A stretch of DNA of 24,000 nt from positions 17,094-41,093 of the forward strand of contig JBBRSY010000008.1 in the NCBI GenBank assembly GCA_038244965.1. Direction: 5' to 3'. Source of the stretch: Candidatus Nanopelagicales bacterium. Lineage in GTDB: Bacteria > Actinomycetota > Actinomycetes > Nanopelagicales > Nanopelagicaceae. Position numbers and translations under genes: made by a program. The notes below the pieces were generated by a model. The model saw nothing but the letters and a program-made list of their open reading frames with translations. It had not been told where the DNA came from and did not search any database. This document shows, in pieces, positions 17,235-24,000 of this stretch; position 1 is the stretch's first letter; each line of letters begins with the position of its first letter.

Positions 17235-17333
17235 ATCTCCTCCATTGCCTTCTCAATGAAGCATATTAAGAGGGAGTATGAACAAAACGCCCGCTGTCTC
17301 TCTTTCCTAACGGTTTACAAACGCTTCATTTCA
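17235..17333 (-). promoter_or_regulatory. kdp operon control region with a candidate promoter and possible KdpE site. Poorly defined.
   Basis: This is the only non-coding DNA between the SPFH stop (17334) and the first kdp-locus ORF. On the minus strand there is a TAATAT -10-like hexamer (plus-strand coordinates 17263..17268) with a weak -35. Repeated GCGTTTGT and GCGTTTTGT elements and a GTTTGTAAAC near-palindrome lie upstream. Confidence 0.3.
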
Positions 17334-18209
17334 CTATTTTGAAGACTCCTTAAAAGCGCTGGCGATCATGCCGACGGTGCCGGAAAGTTCAGCAGGGATC
17401 ACCCAGACTTTGCTTGCTGTGCCATTGGCAATAACCGTCAACTGCTCGAGGTATTTGTAAGCGAGCACCTTCTCATCGGCATCCCCATCATGAATTGCCT
17501 TGAACACTTTAGAAATTGCGGTCGCCTCACCTTCAGCGCGAATTACCGCGGCTTGAGCTTCACCTTCAGCCCGAAGAATGTCAGCCGCACGAGCGCCCTC
17601 TGCTTTGAGAATCTGACTCTGCTTCTCGCCTTCCGCGGTAAGAATTGTTGCCCGCTTCTCTCGATCGGCTCTCATCTGCTTTTCCATCGCTTCCTGGACA
17701 CTCGATGGCGGCTCAATGGCTTTGATTTCCACGCGATTTACTCGCACACCCCACTTGCTGGTTGCCTCATCCAAAACGCCACGAAGTATGGCGTTGATGT
17801 GATCGCGCGAAGTAAGAGCTTTCTCTAGGTCCAGGCTGCCCACCGAGTTACGCAGAGTTGTTACAACCAATTGCTCAATGCCTTGTATGTAGTTCTCAAT
17901 TTCATAGGTCGCAGACTTAGCATTTGTGACCTGGAAATAAATAACCGTATCAATACTAACGACAAGATTATCTTCTGTTATTACTGGCTGAGGCGGAAAG
18001 GAAACAACCTTCTCACGAAGATCCACCAACGGTCGCAACCGATCTATTCCAGGGATGATCAGGCTGAGTCCGGCCTCCAACGTACGATGATATCTTCCGA
18101 GCCTTTCAATAATTCCAGCCCGAGCTTGCGGGATGATCTTGATGGCAGAGACAACCACCGCGATCGCAAATACTAAAAGTACGATTAAAGCGATATTTGG
18201 GGCTGACAT
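17334..18209 (-). CDS. SPFH / band-7 (stomatin/prohibitin-like) membrane protein.
   Basis: 291 aa with an N-terminal TM and a PHB domain (IDTVIYFQVTNA..., VRVNRVEIKAIEPP). The C-terminal coiled coil has AEGE repeats. It is paired with an upstream NfeD gene. Confidence 0.9.
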   Translation of the reverse strand: MSAPNIALIVLLVFAIAVVVSAIKIIPQARAGIIERLGRYHRTLEAGLSLIIPGIDRLRPLVDLREKVVSFPPQPVITEDNLVVSIDTVIYFQVTNAKSATYEIENYIQGIEQLVVTTLRNSVGSLDLEKALTSRDHINAILRGVLDEATSKWGVRVNRVEIKAIEPPSSVQEAMEKQMRADREKRATILTAEGEKQSQILKAEGARAADILRAEGEAQAAVIRAEGEATAISKVFKAIHDGDADEKVLAYKYLEQLTVIANGTASKVWVIPAELSGTVGMIASAFKESSK

Positions 18210-18219
18210 TTAGTTCTCC

Positions 18220-18660
18220 TTATGCAGAAGTTGATGGAACCTTTGGAACAACAATTGCGATAGCGCCGTCGATGCGCACGACTAAGACTTGCGTATGTTT
18301 TGGGATGGACCCCATGTCCGAACGCGCAGTCCAAGTTTCATTACGAAGTCGAATAGTTCCTGCGCTCCCCGAGACCTCCGTCAGCGTGAGGGCTTCCTGA
18401 TTCAAGAGAGCTTTCACGCCCGTGGCGCCGCCACTGGATTTTCTAAACAAGTATTTACGGACAATAGGTCGAACCACGGCTAACGACAGGACGGCAGCAA
18501 CAGCGAATGCGATCCATTGAAATGAAGAACCGACCCAGATAGCGGCACCTATGGCGCCGAGAAGAGCGGCCACAGCGAAGGAGAAAAATATTAAACTCAA
18601 CGTAAGAATTTCCAGAACTATGAATGCGCCCGCTAGGGCTAGCCAGACCCAGTAATGCAT
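18220..18660 (-). CDS. NfeD-family membrane protein.
   Basis: Trimmed from the TTG at 18687 to the ATG at 18660, which has an AGGAG Shine-Dalgarno. The protein has three TM helices and then a C-terminal OB-fold-like segment (GSAGTIRLRNETWTARSDMGSIPKHTQVLVVRIDGAIAIV). This is the classic NfeD-SPFH operon. Confidence 0.85.
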   Translation of the reverse strand: MHYWVWLALAGAFIVLEILTLSLIFFSFAVAALLGAIGAAIWVGSSFQWIAFAVAAVLSLAVVRPIVRKYLFRKSSGGATGVKALLNQEALTLTEVSGSAGTIRLRNETWTARSDMGSIPKHTQVLVVRIDGAIAIVVPKVPSTSA

Positions 18661-18755
18661 TTCTCTTCTCCTAAAACTCACCTCCAAAGTACCACTTCAA
18701 GTCCTTATGTGGCGGAGTCGAGCGTGGTTGCGCGCTCTCACCTAAACTTAGTCGC

Positions 18756-19490
18756 ATGAAGATGCGCAGAATTATGGGGACGAGCGGTGGCTTCGTTGGC
18801 GGAGACCGCTGGGATGTCATGAAGGCTGGAGCCACAGTCCTACGGATGCTTCAATTAACAGGGAAGGAGAGACCGCGCTTCTGCTTCATACATACTGCCA
18901 GCGGAGATAACGCCGGTTATCTGGCCCGTTCTTATGAGGCGATGACCGATCTGGGTTGCGATGTTACGCACCTCCAACTTTTCACGCAACCAAATGCTCC
19001 AGTGCGAGAGCACATCCTCAAGTCAGACGTAATCTGGGTGGGTGGCGGATCTGTCGCAAATCTTCTTGCGCTCTGGCAATTGCATGAAGTTGATCTCGCG
19101 CTTCGCGAGGCTTACGAAAACGGCGTAATTCTTGGCGGAGTAAGTGCGGGATCAATATGTTGGCACCTAGGAGGACCCACAGATTCCTTCGGTCCAGAAC
19201 TTCGAACTGTCGCCAACGGCATGGGATTACTTCCATACGGAAACGCGGTGCACTTTGATTCTGAAGTTCAACGTCGGCCGCTGGCTCACCAACTTATTGA
19301 AGAAGAGACCTTTGCGACTATCTACGCCACCGATGATGGAATTGGAATTCTCTATGAGAATGAAATGCCGGTAGAAGTTATAACAGACCGAACCGGCGGG
19401 GATGCTAAATCGGCAGCCTACCTGCTGCAAAAAATTAATGGGGTAGTTACCGAAACTCGCTTAGAAGTTGGACCTCTCCATCGCGCCTAG
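18756..19490 (+). CDS. Peptidase S51 family (dipeptidase E-like) protein.
   Basis: 244 aa. [13 protein letters not shown] and [11 protein letters not shown] (nucleophile Ser elbow), with a downstream NAVHFD His, fit the S51 / class I glutamine amidotransferase-like fold. Confidence 0.75.
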   Translation: MKMRRIMGTSGGFVGGDRWDVMKAGATVLRMLQLTGKERPRFCFIHTASGDNAGYLARSYEAMTDLGCDVTHLQLFTQPNAPVREHILKSDVIWVGGGSVANLLALWQLHEVDLALREAYENGVILGGVSAGSICWHLGGPTDSFGPELRTVANGMGLLPYGNAVHFDSEVQRRPLAHQLIEEETFATIYATDDGIGILYENEMPVEVITDRTGGDAKSAAYLLQKINGVVTETRLEVGPLHRA

Positions 19491-20807
19491 ATCCCCTGAA
19501 CGCTTAACTGCCGCGCTCGCTTTTGCGGCAATGCGCGCCGCTGAAGCAATCGCTTCGATATCTCTTTCCGTATGTGCTCCCGAAACAAACCATGCTTCGT
19601 AGGCCGAGGGCGGTAGGGAAACTCCATTGTCTAGCATCGAATGGAAAAAGGCAGCAAATGCCTGCGTATCTTGACCTTGCGCATCAGCAAAAGTTCGCAC
19701 CTCTTTATCGGCAAAGAAGATCGAGAAAAGATTGCCGGCACTCTGCAATCTATGCGGGACGCCTTCGCGCTTCAATGCCTCTGACACCACCTCACCGACT
19801 TCGCGAGCGCGGGTGTTCAACGTGGCGTATAAGTTTTCATCGCACAACTCAAGCGTTGCCAGTCCTGCCGCCGTGGCAACCGGATTTCCGCTAAGAGTGC
19901 CGGCCTGGTACACCGACCCAATAGGGGCTAATAAATCCATAACTCTGGCGCGACCGGCAACAGCTGCTACTGGGTATCCGCCACCGATGACTTTGCCGTA
20001 AGTTATCAAGTCAGGAGTCCAGAACTCTGCTTCGTTGACGAGATGCCACCAACCTCCAGATGAAAGACGAAAGCCCGTCATCACTTCATCCAAAATAAAG
20101 AGCGCACCGTTTTCGTGACAGAGTTGTGCAAGGTAGGCATTGAAGCCGGGAGCCGGTGGTACGACTCCCATGTTCGCTGGTACCGCTTCAGTAAGCACGG
20201 CGGCGATTTCATTTCCTCGCTTGGCAAAAAGTTCTTTGACCGCATCAAAGTCGTTGTATGCCACCACGACAGTGTCTTGCGCCTGACCCGGTGTTACACC
20301 CGGCGAATTTGGCAGTCCGAGAGTAAGCACTCCTGAACCCGCTTGTACTAGAAGGGCGTCGGCATGTCCGTGATAGCACCCGGCAAACTTCACAATGACA
20401 TTCCTATTTGTTGCCGCCCTTGCCAATCGCACCGCAGTCATGACGGCTTCGGTTCCCGATGAAACGAATCTCACCCTTTCAACGGCGCTCACCCGTTTGA
20501 TGATCTCCTCGGCCAGAAGCACTTCATTGGGACTGGGCGCCCCAAAGGATGACGACTTGGCTGCGCTTTCTATTACCCGACGAACCACTTCTGGATGGGC
20601 GTGACCCACAATCATCGGTCCCCATGAACCAACAAGGTCCACATACTCGTTGCCATCCACATCAAAAACACGCGAGCCTTTGCCTTCCACAAAATATCTG
20701 GGCGTGCCACCCACTGCCGAAAATGCACGGACGGGAGAACTAACTCCACCCGGAATAACTTTCACAGCGCGATCGTGCCAGTACTGAGATTTTTCAGTCG
20801 ACCTCAT
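19461..20807 (-). CDS. hemL: Glutamate-1-semialdehyde 2,1-aminomutase.
   Basis: Trimmed to the ATG at 20807, which forms an ATGA overlap with the hemB stop. Motifs are [24 protein letters not shown] and the PLP-lysine motif [10 protein letters not shown]. Confidence 0.95.
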   Translation of the reverse strand: MRSTEKSQYWHDRAVKVIPGGVSSPVRAFSAVGGTPRYFVEGKGSRVFDVDGNEYVDLVGSWGPMIVGHAHPEVVRRVIESAAKSSSFGAPSPNEVLLAEEIIKRVSAVERVRFVSSGTEAVMTAVRLARAATNRNVIVKFAGCYHGHADALLVQAGSGVLTLGLPNSPGVTPGQAQDTVVVAYNDFDAVKELFAKRGNEIAAVLTEAVPANMGVVPPAPGFNAYLAQLCHENGALFILDEVMTGFRLSSGGWWHLVNEAEFWTPDLITYGKVIGGGYPVAAVAGRARVMDLLAPIGSVYQAGTLSGNPVATAAGLATLELCDENLYATLNTRAREVGEVVSEALKREGVPHRLQSAGNLFSIFFADKEVRTFADAQGQDTQAFAAFFHSMLDNGVSLPPSAYEAWFVSGAHTERDIEAIASAARIAAKASAAVKRSGDLGAMERSNF

Positions 20808-21787
20808 ACTGAGTTCTTCTTCAATAGTTCGGCCGCTTCCAACGCCCAATAAGTGCAAATCACGGAGGCTCCAGCGCGTTTAACTGAGGAGAGCACCTCA
20901 AGAATGGCTCGTTCGCGATCGATCAATCCTTGAGCGGCGGCGGCTTCTACCATCGCCATCTCCCCTGAAACTATGTAACTGGCAGTGGGAATATCAACGG
21001 CTTGCGAAGCCGCGTACAAAACATCTAAGTAAGCAAGGGATGGTTTGACCATAATGATGTCCGCGCCTTGGGCAACATCCAATCGAACTTCGCGCATTGA
21101 CTCTTTGATGTTCGCGGGGTCTTGCTGGTAAGTATTTCGATTTCCTTCTAATTGTGATTCAACGGCTTCACGGAATGGCCCATAGAAGGCGGAAGCGAAC
21201 TTTGCCGCATATGCGAGGATGAGAACATCTACAAAACCTGACGAGTCAAGTCCGCCGCGAACTACGCCCACTTGTCCGTCCATCATTCCGCTAGTGCCCA
21301 CCATATGAGCCCCAGAGTTGGCAAGAACCTGGGCCATCTCCCCATAGATTTTCAAAGTCGCGTCATTGTCGATCGATCCTTGCGCATCCAGGACGCCGCA
21401 GTGTCCATGACTCGTAAACTCATCAAGACAGAGATCGGCCGCCACCACCAAATCATCACCAGCGATTTTGCGCGCATCTCGAATGGCACTCGAGAGAACT
21501 CCCTCTGAATTTAGTGCTTGCGTTCCGACTGCATCTCTCTCCTGTGGTATTCCAAAAATCATTACTCCACCAATACCTGCTTGGAGTGCACCGTCGATCT
21601 CAGTCTTAAAAGATTCCTTTGTGTGTTGTACGACGCCTGGCATACCCGTAATCGGCTTTGGTTCCGTAAGTCCCTCTCGGATGAAAATCGGCAGGATTAA
21701 AGAACTAGGTGCAACATAGGTCTCGCGGACCAGCGCTCGAATACTTGCCGCACCTCGAAGTCGCCTTGGTCGCTCAATGATCTCCAT
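20804..21787 (-). CDS. hemB: Porphobilinogen synthase (delta-aminolevulinic acid dehydratase).
   Basis: 327 aa. Motifs are RPRRLR, the metal-site region [14 protein letters not shown], the Schiff-base lysine region [12 protein letters not shown], and YIVSGEMAM. Confidence 0.95.
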   Translation of the reverse strand: MEIIERPRRLRGAASIRALVRETYVAPSSLILPIFIREGLTEPKPITGMPGVVQHTKESFKTEIDGALQAGIGGVMIFGIPQERDAVGTQALNSEGVLSSAIRDARKIAGDDLVVAADLCLDEFTSHGHCGVLDAQGSIDNDATLKIYGEMAQVLANSGAHMVGTSGMMDGQVGVVRGGLDSSGFVDVLILAYAAKFASAFYGPFREAVESQLEGNRNTYQQDPANIKESMREVRLDVAQGADIIMVKPSLAYLDVLYAASQAVDIPTASYIVSGEMAMVEAAAAQGLIDRERAILEVLSSVKRAGASVICTYWALEAAELLKKNSV

Positions 21788-21796
21788 TTTTCCTAC

Positions 21797-22552
21797 CTAT
21801 CTTTCTGGAAAGATTAGCGAATAAATGGTGGAGGCGACGACCTCGGATGAAGGGCCAGGACAGAGCGCGGCTACCGACAAGCCCTGCTCCAGAAGTGCAT
21901 TGGCCGTGGTAGTACCTGCGCAAACTAAGGCAACCTTAGGTTTGGGCACAAAGTGGGTAAGGGCGCGGACCGCGCTCGGGGACCGAAAAAGAATTGCACT
22001 TACCTCTTTATCTAGCACCAATTGAACCGACTTGGGATCTGTTTCAACGGTGGAGGTCATATACACAACCCCGGTGCTCACCCGCCAGCCCCCCGAAAGC
22101 AAAATTGCGGGCAGAGTCCGCATCGCCAGATTTCCGCCCGGGATCAGGACATGAGCTTTAGGAAAAGCACTCACTAATGACTCTGCCAAAGATTTCCCCG
22201 TTGCCTCCGATGGAATGAAAATCTTAGCCGCACCAAATTCGCGCAATGTCGCAGCCGTTGTCGATCCAACCGCGGCAAATTGAAGATCACTACGAGATGC
22301 AATCACCTGACGCAGCCGCTCTTCTCCCACAATCTGAGACCAGAATTTAAGTGCATTTACCGAGGTGGCAATGAGCCAGATAGGGAGTTGCGAAGAGGAA
22401 AGGAGTGTAAGCAAGTTCTCTGCCTCAGCACGATCGTTGGAAACTTTAATTTCAATATATGGATCAATGAGGGAGTCAATGCCCAACTTCGCCAGGGCCC
22501 CCTCGTCGGATTCATTGCCCGCGCTGCGAATGAGCAGGACGGGTTTAATCAT
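21797..22552 (-). CDS. hemD: Uroporphyrinogen-III synthase (monofunctional).
   Basis: Trimmed to the ATG at 22552 (MIKPVLLIRSAG...), which overlaps the hemC stop by 8 nt. 251 aa. HemD-like motifs are LIATSVNALKF and ILFRSPSAVRAL. It sits between hemC and hemB. Confidence 0.8.
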   Translation of the reverse strand: MIKPVLLIRSAGNESDEGALAKLGIDSLIDPYIEIKVSNDRAEAENLLTLLSSSQLPIWLIATSVNALKFWSQIVGEERLRQVIASRSDLQFAAVGSTTAATLREFGAAKIFIPSEATGKSLAESLVSAFPKAHVLIPGGNLAMRTLPAILLSGGWRVSTGVVYMTSTVETDPKSVQLVLDKEVSAILFRSPSAVRALTHFVPKPKVALVCAGTTTANALLEQGLSVAALCPGPSSEVVASTIYSLIFPER

Positions 22553-23483
22553 GTTTTGATCCCAGTCGCGTACCAAGGGAGGTCTTGCGAATCTGGTTTG
22601 CCAGAGCCAGACCAAGTTCATGCGCTGCGCCGATATCTTCTACGCCCATAAAACCTCGGGTCATAACCGCCCGTTCATGCTCATCGGCATCTGACGCCGA
22701 AAGTTCAGCCGTCAATGTGAGTGTTCCATCGGCAAATTGCCCAACGGCACCGATGGCTGTGGCACAGGTTGCACCGATGCCAACCAGAACAGCGCGTTCG
22801 GCGGTGGTTATGAATCTGGTTAATGGATCATTTAGCAAAACCAGACTTTCGATCAACTCGAGATCATCGCTTCGACACTCCACCGCCAAAGCACCCTGCG
22901 CTGGGGCAGGCAAGAGCAATTCTGGCGAAAAGAACTCCGTTATTTTGCCGGCATGACCAACGCGATTCAATCCAGCGACCGCCAGAACTGCGGCGTCGTA
23001 TTCGCCTTCATCGACTTTACGCAACCGTGTATCCACATTGCCACGCATGGGTAGGACCATCAAATCCGGTCGCACATGTTTGATTCGAGCCGAACGGCGA
23101 GGTGAGGAAGTCCCCACCCTCGCCCCGGCCGGTAAATCCATGAGCGAAAGATTGTTGCGCGATATCAGAGCATCGCGAAAGTCTTCGCGTGTGGGAACTG
23201 CGGCGATAGTAATTCCAGCTTCCGGGAGGGAGGGAAGGTCCTTGAATGAATGAACAATGACATCAACTTCCCCTCTAAGCAGGGCCGTGCGAAGCGCCGT
23301 TACAAATACGCCGGGACGTGCAGGGTTGGTGAGCGACGTTGTCACATCATCGCCTTCAGTGCGGATGATCTTTTCGGAAATTCTGTAGCGGGCAAGAGTT
23401 TCTAAAGATGCTGTAACTATCCTGGTCTGCGTTGTTGCAAGCAGACTTCCTCTAGTTCCGACAATTAACGAACTATCAGACAT
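22545..23483 (-). CDS. hemC: Hydroxymethylbilane synthase (porphobilinogen deaminase).
   Basis: Start taken at the ATG at 23483, which overlaps the hemA stop by 8 nt. Motifs are VGTRGSLLATTQT, HSFKDLP, RGNVDTRLRK, QGALAVECR and the cofactor Cys region GIGATCATAIG. Confidence 0.95.
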   Translation of the reverse strand: MSDSSLIVGTRGSLLATTQTRIVTASLETLARYRISEKIIRTEGDDVTTSLTNPARPGVFVTALRTALLRGEVDVIVHSFKDLPSLPEAGITIAAVPTREDFRDALISRNNLSLMDLPAGARVGTSSPRRSARIKHVRPDLMVLPMRGNVDTRLRKVDEGEYDAAVLAVAGLNRVGHAGKITEFFSPELLLPAPAQGALAVECRSDDLELIESLVLLNDPLTRFITTAERAVLVGIGATCATAIGAVGQFADGTLTLTAELSASDADEHERAVMTRGFMGVEDIGAAHELGLALANQIRKTSLGTRLGSKHD

Positions 23484-24000
23484 CTTTTGGAGTTTCAATA
23501 TCTATGCCGAAGAGAACTTGAATTGCGCTGCGATAATCTTTCTGATCGTCATCTCGAACGAGGCTGCGCGCCCGCACTGATGGGGTATGCAATAAGGCGT
23601 TGGTAACTCTGTGGAGTGAGAATTCGACATCGGCGGCAACTTCATCGCCAGCTCTATCCCGGACACGCTTGACTTCAAGGTCGATGAGAATTCCGACGTG
23701 AGAACGCATGGCAGCGATGGCCGGATCCATGGTGCGCGCAGATTGTTCGTTCTCAAATTTCAAGACTGCCTTCTGCACGATCTCGTTTGCTTGATCGATT
23801 TCTTCACCGTGCTCCTTAGGAGCATTCACACGAACTACATCAAGATCAATTACATCCACCGTTTCAAGAGCATTTACATCCGATGCAAAATCAGATGAGA
23901 GTGCAACATCAATTATTGGCAAAAACTTGTCTCCGCGGGCCGAACGTACGAATTGAGCGTTTAGAATAGCCGTCGCATTTCCGCTGCACCCGACAATTAG
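23476..24000 (-). CDS. hemA: Glutamyl-tRNA reductase, C-terminal part. The 5' end lies beyond the right edge.
   Basis: The frame stays open from the window edge: ...LIVGCSGNATAILNAQFVRSARGDKFLPIIDVAL... The M at 23922 in the ORF track is an internal TTG. The C-terminal dimerisation region is HRVTNALLHTPSVRARSL. It lies immediately upstream of hemC. Confidence 0.9.
   Translation of the reverse strand, partial: LIVGCSGNATAILNAQFVRSARGDKFLPIIDVALSSDFASDVNALETVDVIDLDVVRVNAPKEHGEEIDQANEIVQKAVLKFENEQSARTMDPAIAAMRSHVGILIDLEVKRVRDRAGDEVAADVEFSLHRVTNALLHTPSVRARSLVRDDDQKDYRSAIQVLFGIDIETPKDV

Noticed and set aside
17155-17256. N-terminal extension of kdpF to 62 aa (MRRQWRRYGRFLVGPNHG...).
   Set aside because: It has a TTG start with no Shine-Dalgarno, and the extension is basic and non-membrane-like. 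KdpF proteins are about 25-30 aa. The region is better explained by the out-of-frame 27-codon ORF, which has a strong Shine-Dalgarno.
17235-17333. Possible c-di-AMP (ydaO/kimA-type) or other riboswitch in the kdp leader.
   Set aside because: Only 99 nt are available, including the promoter. This is too short for that riboswitch class, and I saw no extended conserved helices.
17334-18660. The NfeD-SPFH pair as a candidate novel system.
   Set aside because: This is the widespread, well-known two-gene NfeD/stomatin-like operon with canonical domain order. Nothing in this copy looks atypical.
20808-20858. Upstream start extension of hemL. The same applies to hemD (22553..22621), hemC (23484..23498) and nfeD (18661..18687).
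   Set aside because: The extensions overlap the preceding genes by 15-77 nt (the nfeD extension overlaps no gene and is rejected for its TTG start) and add non-conserved-looking residues. Internal ATGs give canonical N-termini with 4- or 8-nt coupling overlaps or proper Shine-Dalgarno sequences.
1-24000. A mobile element, genomic island, defence system, toxin-antitoxin pair or CRISPR array.
   Set aside because: I recognised no transposase, integrase or recombinase, no terminal inverted or direct repeats, no spaced repeat array and no small paired ORFs of toxin-antitoxin type. Gene content is housekeeping or transport throughout. I could not compute compositional shifts, so a subtle island cannot be formally excluded.

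Overview
This is a very gene-dense chromosomal segment. Under my calls only about 1 kb of the 24 kb is non-coding. I saw no transposase, integrase, CRISPR array, tRNA or rRNA. Gene content and organisation look actinobacterial: a hemA-hemC-hemD-hemB-hemL string, frequent GTG/TTG starts, 4- and 8-nt overlaps between adjacent genes, and Ser/Pro-rich linkers. I cannot confirm the taxon without a database search.

Contents from left to right:
1. A CsoR-family repressor (truncated at the window edge) with a sulfide:quinone-oxidoreductase-like flavoprotein and a thioredoxin, bracketed by two ATACCC-N4-GGGTAT inverted repeats. A DUF2892 membrane protein is divergent from it.
2. A secreted 6-bladed beta-propeller protein.
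3. A long nitronate-monooxygenase-family protein and a CBS-pair protein.
4. A membrane-anchored CopC followed by an aldo/keto reductase.
5. An ABC-2 type exporter (ATPase and permease).
6. A complete kdp locus, kdpF-A-B-C-D-E. An unlisted 27-codon hydrophobic micro-ORF is coupled to kdpF at the front, and a sensor-module-like two-TM protein follows kdpE at the back.
7. An NfeD/SPFH pair.
8. An S51 peptidase.
9. The hem cluster, with hemA truncated at the right edge.

I find no convincing multi-gene novel system such as a defence island, toxin-antitoxin pair or biosynthetic cluster. The window reads as ordinary core genome. The leads most worth a second look are small or unannotated elements:
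- the paired CsoR-type operators, which define a probable persulfide (CstR-like) regulon;
- the micro-ORF coupled by an ATGA overlap to kdpF;
- the kinase-less sensor-like module downstream of kdpDE;
- a 52-codon ORF between sqr and the repressor gene;
- a double hairpin in the largest intergenic gap.

All functional calls come from reading the translations by eye. No searches were run.
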